A DNA stretch of 63,750 nucleotides, filler included, from Asterionella formosa (Eukaryota): the NCBI GenBank assembly GCA_002256025.1. It is 10 parts of 10 records of this genome, joined end to end, with 100 filler letters (N's around TTAATTAATTAA, not from the genome) between each part and the next. Parts side by side here need not be neighbours in the genome. Positions count along the whole stretch, not along the records: positions 57,665 to 58,801 come from NKIB01004103.1; positions 58,902 to 60,038 come from NKIB01004104.1; positions 60,139 to 61,275 come from NKIB01004105.1; positions 61,376 to 62,512 come from NKIB01004106.1; positions 62,613 to 63,750 come from NKIB01004107.1; 5 more parts are not named here. One strand, 5' to 3'. The notes under the pieces were generated by a model. That model did not search any database and was not told the DNA's origin. It saw only the letters and a program-made list of their open reading frames with translations. Positions 58,301 through 63,750 of this stretch are shown here, one piece after another. Both the position numbers and the translations under genes were made by a program. The stretch's first letter is position 1, and each line of letters opens with the position of its first letter.

Positions 58301-60138
58301 TGGCTATGAGGTTCCAGCTACGATTACACTACTGGTATGGGAGTACGAGGTGCCTGTATACCAACCCGTGCATAACATAGTGCAGGCATTCCCGGTGAGA
58401 CCGGTAGGTAGTCCAATCGAGAAAGCAATCTTACTTGATTGCAGGAAGTAAAACAAAGCTTTTTTTCACCAGCATCACTCCTCACCTAGAATACTTTATA
58501 TAGGATACCAAGGGACTACCAGTACTTACTATTCGCCCACTAGGATTGGGTGTTGCCATACTACCAAACATTGAATATAGGAGATCCAATGCGTCATAAA
58601 ACGACAAACTGGGACCACAACGGAGGGAACGCACGAGTTGAGGGTATCAAAAAAATAGAGTTGGGAATTCAGTTCATTGTTGCATTCTGATCGCTTCGAA
58701 GGGGACAGTCACAACGCAACTTTCTAGCCTTAAGAATTCATTGTTTCATCATTCTAATATGCTGACCCATAATCCGTCAATCCATGGTTCCACCTCTTGC
58801 ANNNNNNNNNNNNNNNNNNNNNNNNNNNNNNNNNNNNNNNNNNNNTTAATTAATTAANNNNNNNNNNNNNNNNNNNNNNNNNNNNNNNNNNNNNNNNNNN
58901 NTACAATGATTTCACAATCATCACTGTGCAATGGACTTCGATTTCAAGTTCATCATGAATGAACTCAACCATGACAACAATGAGATTGGATGAAAAAATT
59001 ATTTAAATGGATACATAAAATTTATTCAAATGTGTGTTACTTATGTACAAAATTTTACTTAAGCTAAAATTATGTTGTACTGGTAGCTATGTATGTTGGC
59101 TACCTCATGTAGTTTCAGCATGCACCCAGCCATTAAATAATTTGAGTCGTAACAGGGTAAAATAAGGATGAATGTCAGTTTTTATGTGGTAGCAGTAGCG
59201 TTACTCTACCAGGTAGAGTACAAGGAGGTACCCTGGTACCTGGAAGTTGCGGTAAAACACGTTTTCAACTTAAGAAAAGATTTAGCTACAGATCTCGATT
59301 ACCGTACCTTCCTTTAGTCCCAAATCTACAAAGGTAAGTATTTACTAATCGAAGATGGCATTCGGAACCCTCGGAATAGGTACAATGGGACCACGTACAA
59401 AAAATACAGTCACCCCCATGAGTATGATGTATGTGCAGGATAGCGAGAACTCAAATGAAGTTGGATTGTGCGCAGCGTTGTCCATCAAGTCGATTCGGGG
59501 CACAACAGATCATTTCGCTTCTCTGATTCCTAATCTCCACTGTTGAGGTCATTGTCTCGCTTCCACGTTTTTTTCAGGAGAGTATTGCAATAGAAAATCC
59601 AAACGGAACCAAGTTGTAAAAAGGTTCTAAAATCAATTCGGAACATCAAAATTGTTTCGGTTCACTGTTCGTGTCTGTCCTTCCACGGGGTAATGGCGAA
59701 GATTTTTACATTTCAAACTTCAATAGTGATTACCGGTATTTGCCTTTTATAGCAGAATATTCATTTTCGCGTGTGCCGCTCGCGCCTTTCAACCCAGTTG
59801 GACTTGTTTGGATCACCTCATCCCGCCATTTTCCTTGGACTTCACATTGAGTTGTGCATGATTGACGAAGGAAAAAAGTCTGCTTAGGGTGATCTGTGGT
59901 ATACCATTTGCCATCATCGCCGAGACGATTCGAATATAAACCTCAAGATTTTCTCGCTGCGTCAAAAGGCTCGTTCAAGGAAGCCTCACAATATCGACGT
60001 TACAATCATCAATCCACGCACCAATATCCATCGTGGCANNNNNNNNNNNNNNNNNNNNNNNNNNNNNNNNNNNNNNNNNNNNTTAATTAATTAANNNNNN
60101 NNNNNNNNNNNNNNNNNNNNNNNNNNNNNNNNNNNNNN

Positions 60139-60698
60139 GCCGCGTCCACTCGCTAAGCTGCCGCTTGTCGTTGCGTCTGGGGTGGCGCTCATGGGGTTCG
60201 TTGGTTCCTTGATTGGTGGCTGCGGCCTTCAGCTGCGCTACTCGAATCTATAAAGTGTTCAAAAAACTTGATTAGATTAAAATGTTGAAACTCCAGCCTT
60301 CCATGTGAATGGCTGTTCCTTTTGTTTTATTTTTATCTCGAAACAATGTTGTAACAACTGCCATATTCGACTGTATCGTAGGCCTTGAACCTAGTACTGT
60401 GTTAATCGAATACAGTTGATGAAATTGATAGCAACGAGGAAGTTGTCAAACTTAAACTTTCACTTTACTAACTGGATTGTTTCGAGATAATGGTCTCGAA
60501 ACACTCTTATTACTCACACTGCACTTTAACATATTTTCTTGACCTCTGATTGCTTTTCCTTGCGTGGTGCCTTTTACCACGTCAGCCCAGGTAACTCTTG
60601 TTAGCGGCTGTACGGTTTTAACTGTAGTACTGTACTCTCTCGTGTCTACTATACCCTTCACGCCTGTCCTGTGGCAGTCAGCTCGAATTTTTCCAATA
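60139..60698 (-). mobile_element. 5' LTR (60698-60283), leader and probable gag start (ATG 60192) of an LTR retrotransposon, probably diatom Ty1/copia (CoDi-like)
   Basis: A 416-bp segment bounded by imperfect inverted ends TATTGGAAA...TTTCAACA, followed by ttttaatctaatcaag and an ORF start MSATPDATTSGSLASGRG. It begins exactly where the hevein gene loses similarity. Confidence 0.65.
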
Positions 60699-61048
60699 CT
60701 AGTGCCACAGTATCCGTAAAAGCTGCAGCACTCACTAGAAACTTCACAATTCCCATTCCCGACTTCGCCATTTCCACATGGAACAGAGCTATTACCAGGT
60801 GGTGCCATGACTGGGGCATTAGATACTGGCGCCGTAGTTGCTGGGTCCTCGGTCAACATTGTGCAAAAATCGGCACCGGTGCCACAGTAACCATAACTGC
60901 TGCAGCACAAAGTTGAATCATCACACAGTCCATTTCCAGTGATTCCGTTTCCACATGCGACTTGAGTCAAGTTTTGAGAAAGTACTGACTGCAAGAGGAT
61001 CATGATGCTCACAAGAGCAAGAGCAGAATTGTTGATGGATATCATCAT
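60699..61048 (-). pseudogene. Secreted hevein-like (CBM18) chitin-binding protein, interrupted in its second domain
   Basis: Signal peptide, then CGNGITGNGLCDDSTLCCSSYGYCGTGADFC, a Pro/Thr linker, and CGNGEVGNGNCEVSSECCSFYGYCGTS. The expected final Cys of the second domain is replaced by LTR-derived sequence. Confidence 0.78.
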
Positions 61049-61375
61049 GTTTGATGAAAAGGATGGAAACGCATGTGAGCAAACAAAAGCTTTTCCGTCA
61101 TCATAATTCATACCTACCGTAAAACCTGGTGTCTCGTACCCCTCAATGTACACAGCCACGACTGATTTTACTTAGAGGGGAGTACAAGACATCAGACCTT
61201 TTTTGATAATCCAACACTGCGAGCAAACCAACTTCACCACCGTTTTCTCCGTAGTCTAAAACGTAAATAGCAATANNNNNNNNNNNNNNNNNNNNNNNNN
61301 NNNNNNNNNNNNNNNNNNNTTAATTAATTAANNNNNNNNNNNNNNNNNNNNNNNNNNNNNNNNNNNNNNNNNNNN

Positions 61376-61840
61376 TTATGGTTGTGCCAAGTTCCTCACC
61401 TTCTCAATTTCGCTGTTCCATTGCTTCCAAAATCATCATTCCGTGAAAGTACTGATAGTGCCAAATCTTCATCCTTATCATCAAAGACTGTTGGCTCGAA
61501 GAAAGGAAAATGTTCATCTACCTCATCCAATTTGTCCCATCATTCCTCTTCTATGGTACAAATGGCAAATGCATTAGAGTGTTTTGAACGAGTAAATGCA
61601 GTGAAACTTCAAGTGCTTCAGTCTTCAGCAGGACCAAGACGCGAGAAAGAGATCCTAGATGTTCTGGATCTCTATAAAAGTCGTCTCAAGAATGCTCGGA
61701 AGGATTTGGAAGAGTTGGAGAATCATGGGTATGACTCCAATAATTCTGATGTAGTTCAGGCTCGACTAGAAATTAAGATATGCAAGAGAAAGCGGGATCA
61801 CTATTTTCATCTGCTTTCAGAAGGTGAAACATCAGATTAA
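61376..61840 (+). CDS. 3' part of the probable accessory ORF of a PIF/Harbinger element
   Basis: Ser-rich then coiled-coil ORF that ends 30 bp from the convergent Harbinger transposase. Harbinger elements carry a second ORF. No Myb/SANT domain is visible because the 5' end is missing. Confidence 0.5.
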   Translation, partial: LWLCQVPHLLNFAVPLLPKSSFRESTDSAKSSSLSSKTVGSKKGKCSSTSSNLSHHSSSMVQMANALECFERVNAVKLQVLQSSAGPRREKEILDVLDLYKSRLKNARKDLEELENHGYDSNNSDVVQARLEIKICKRKRDHYFHLLSEGETSD

Positions 61841-61870
61841 ATCCAAATAATGAATAAATTATATATTTGT

Positions 61871-62512
61871 CTACATTAAATTTATTTCGTGTAATTCTTT
61901 CCTTCTCCTCTCTATATTCACAGGAGGTCGTTGCACGCCCAAGGTTTGCAATCTGGTAAGAATCACATCTCGCATCACAGAGCTTCCAGGCAATATACAC
62001 AATGGTTCCACAGTTGGCAAGTAGCCCCAACCAAGGGGTGACAAACTGACTGGAATTATCTCTGTAAGTATTTGATTATCATCCATAATCTCGTTATCAA
62101 TTATCTTCTCATTAATCACATAGTTATGAAGTCGAGCACATGAATCAAGAATGCGTGCAGATGTTTCCAAGCTTGTCGATAGGTTTTTTTTCAGAACACA
62201 CCATTTTGTCTGAAGAAGACCAAATGCCATTTCTATTCTTATCCTTAGCTGTGAAAGGAAAAAGTTAAATGTATCCTGTGTTGGATCATCACGTTGTGAG
62301 CCAACAAAGGGAACAAGCATTACATCAGACAATGTGTAAGCTGCATCGCCGACCAGATAAAAACCTGTGTTGAATGCTGCAACTCGATCGAAAATGGAAG
62401 TTCGTTCAAAAGCTACTTGGTCACTGCATTTTCCCGGTGCAATTACACCAAAATAAATAAATCTTGAGTCAGCATCACAAACAGCCTGGACATTGATTCC
62501 ATAAGTCATGTA
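61871..62512 (-). mobile_element. PIF/Harbinger transposase (DDE_Tnp_4), 3' part, frame intact
   Basis: YGINVQAVCD, PGKCSD, YLVGDAAY, FNFFLSQLRIRIEMAFGLLQTKW and CARLHNY. Confidence 0.92.
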
Positions 62513-62612
62513 NNNNNNNNNNNNNNNNNNNNNNNNNNNNNNNNNNNNNNNNNNNNTTAATTAATTAANNNNNNNNNNNNNNNNNNNNNNNNNNNNNNNN
62601 NNNNNNNNNNNN

Positions 62613-63750
62613 CATCAGCGGACCCTACGCGAAATCCGCTGTTGGCAATCAGTACTGGGTCATGGCAGTGGACGACTACACAAGAAAGCGCTGGAGCTAT
62701 TTCATTAAAAAGAAGAGCGATATCGGAACAGTCATTGAAATTTTACTATCAAGTTTAGCCGGAGCCGGTCACAAGACAAAGTATGTCCGTTGCGATGACG
62801 CAGGCGAAGAATACTAAACAATTGAGAAAGGTATGTGAAAATCGCGGTATAAAAATGGAATTTACTGCCCCGCACACTCCACAACACAATGGTGTAGCGG
62901 AACGCGGTTTTGTCATTGTGCGACAGAGGGCACTAGCAATGATGCTAAGTGCGAAACTAACAGATGAGTACCAAGGGCTATTATGGGCAGAGGCGGTACA
63001 TACAGCTACACGTTTAACAAATAGTACAGTTAACTCAGTAACTAAAAGAAGTCCCGACGACATGTTCTACGGCGAAATGAATCCAAGAAGGCCCTACAAG
63101 TTATACAAGCAATTTGGGCGCGTAGGATGGGTTACTGCAAGACACAGCATTAAGAAATTAGACGCACGTTCTTTCAAGTGTGTCTTTTTGGGTTATTCGG
63201 AGGACCACTCCCAAGATACGTATCGTATGTATAATCATGAGACTAACACTGTAATCAATACACGCGATGTTAAGTGGAGTGAGTGGCATGGAACAAACGC
63301 ACCTACGGACGGACTAGGAAAAATCTACAAGGACAATGCTAAAGAGAAAGTAACAGTTCAACCAGAAGCTGAAGTCAATAATGATGGATTAGATGATGAT
63401 TTCTACAATGAAGATTTACTACCAGAAGGTTCAGACAACAAGGAAGATGATGACGACAAGGATAAATCAACCGCAGACACTGAAAAAGGAAAATCTACCT
63501 CAAGGAGTGATGAAATTTCTGACCTAGAAAAGAGAAATGTTTTGAAGCAACAGGCAAAGTTGGAACGAGAAATGAAGAAGTTGGACTCATCGTACAATCC
63601 AACTAAAAATGTTAAATTCCCTCCAGACACTTCACTACCAAATGTGATTGAGGAGGAAGCTTCTTTGAATAAGGAAACTGAAGTAAATTTCGTATTCAAT
63701 GCAAGTCTTGCATCGGACCCAGGTTTACCAAATAGTTATGATGAGGCAAT
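62613..63750 (+). mobile_element. Ty1/copia pol fragment: integrase core and downstream linker, one frameshift
   Basis: ISGPY...YWVMAVDDYTRKRWSYF...VRCDDAGE, then after a +1 shift near 62808: FTAPHTPQHNGVAERGF, LWAEAVHTA, KKLDARSFKCVFLGYS, YRMYN and TRDVKW. Open to the window end. Confidence 0.92.

Noticed and set aside
61049..61159. Upstream extension of the hevein ORF from a GTG start
   Set aside because: The signal peptide begins at ATG 61048, and a eukaryotic GTG start is unlikely.
55190..63750. Apparent island combining LINE, LTR, Harbinger and chitin-binding genes as one composite system
   Set aside because: Each lies on a separate ~1.14-kb contig, so co-location is an assembly artefact.

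Overview
Eukaryotic genomic DNA, most likely a diatom. Support: a bipartite signal peptide with an 'AF' plastid-targeting motif, a DUF6824 protein, short GT-AG introns and diatom-type LTR elements. The window is not one locus. It is ten contigs joined by artificial 100-bp linkers (N44-TTAATTAATTAA-N44): three of about 18.3 kb, then seven of 1137-1138 bp, so adjacency across linkers carries no biological meaning. Contig 1 (1-18299): a 3-exon RING-H2 ligase, a fidgetin-like AAA ATPase, a large SNF2-relic/C2H2/AP2/FHA-like protein, an ENTH/epsin-like protein, a Stowaway-like MITE and a dead pogo-like transposase. Contig 2 (18400-36696): mostly TE debris, plus a DUF6824 gene, a solitary 5S rRNA, an ankyrin-UBA protein and a 904-aa plastid-targeted membrane protein. 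Contig 3 (36797-55089): a bacterial-like methyltransferase, an atypical U1-C with a WW domain, a 3-exon Cys/His-cluster protein, a UBC6-type E2, a head-to-head ETF-alpha/thiolase pair, a sulfotransferase and a GT25. The short contigs carry a LINE endonuclease, a hevein-domain gene interrupted by an LTR, a PIF/Harbinger element and a Ty1/copia integrase. Best leads: (1) a U1-C in which all four Zn ligands are replaced and a WW domain is fused; (2) the SNF2-relic/AP2 multidomain protein; (3) palindromic GGTACC/TACCGGTA clusters that sit mostly upstream of genes. All family calls come from reading motifs by eye; no database search was run.
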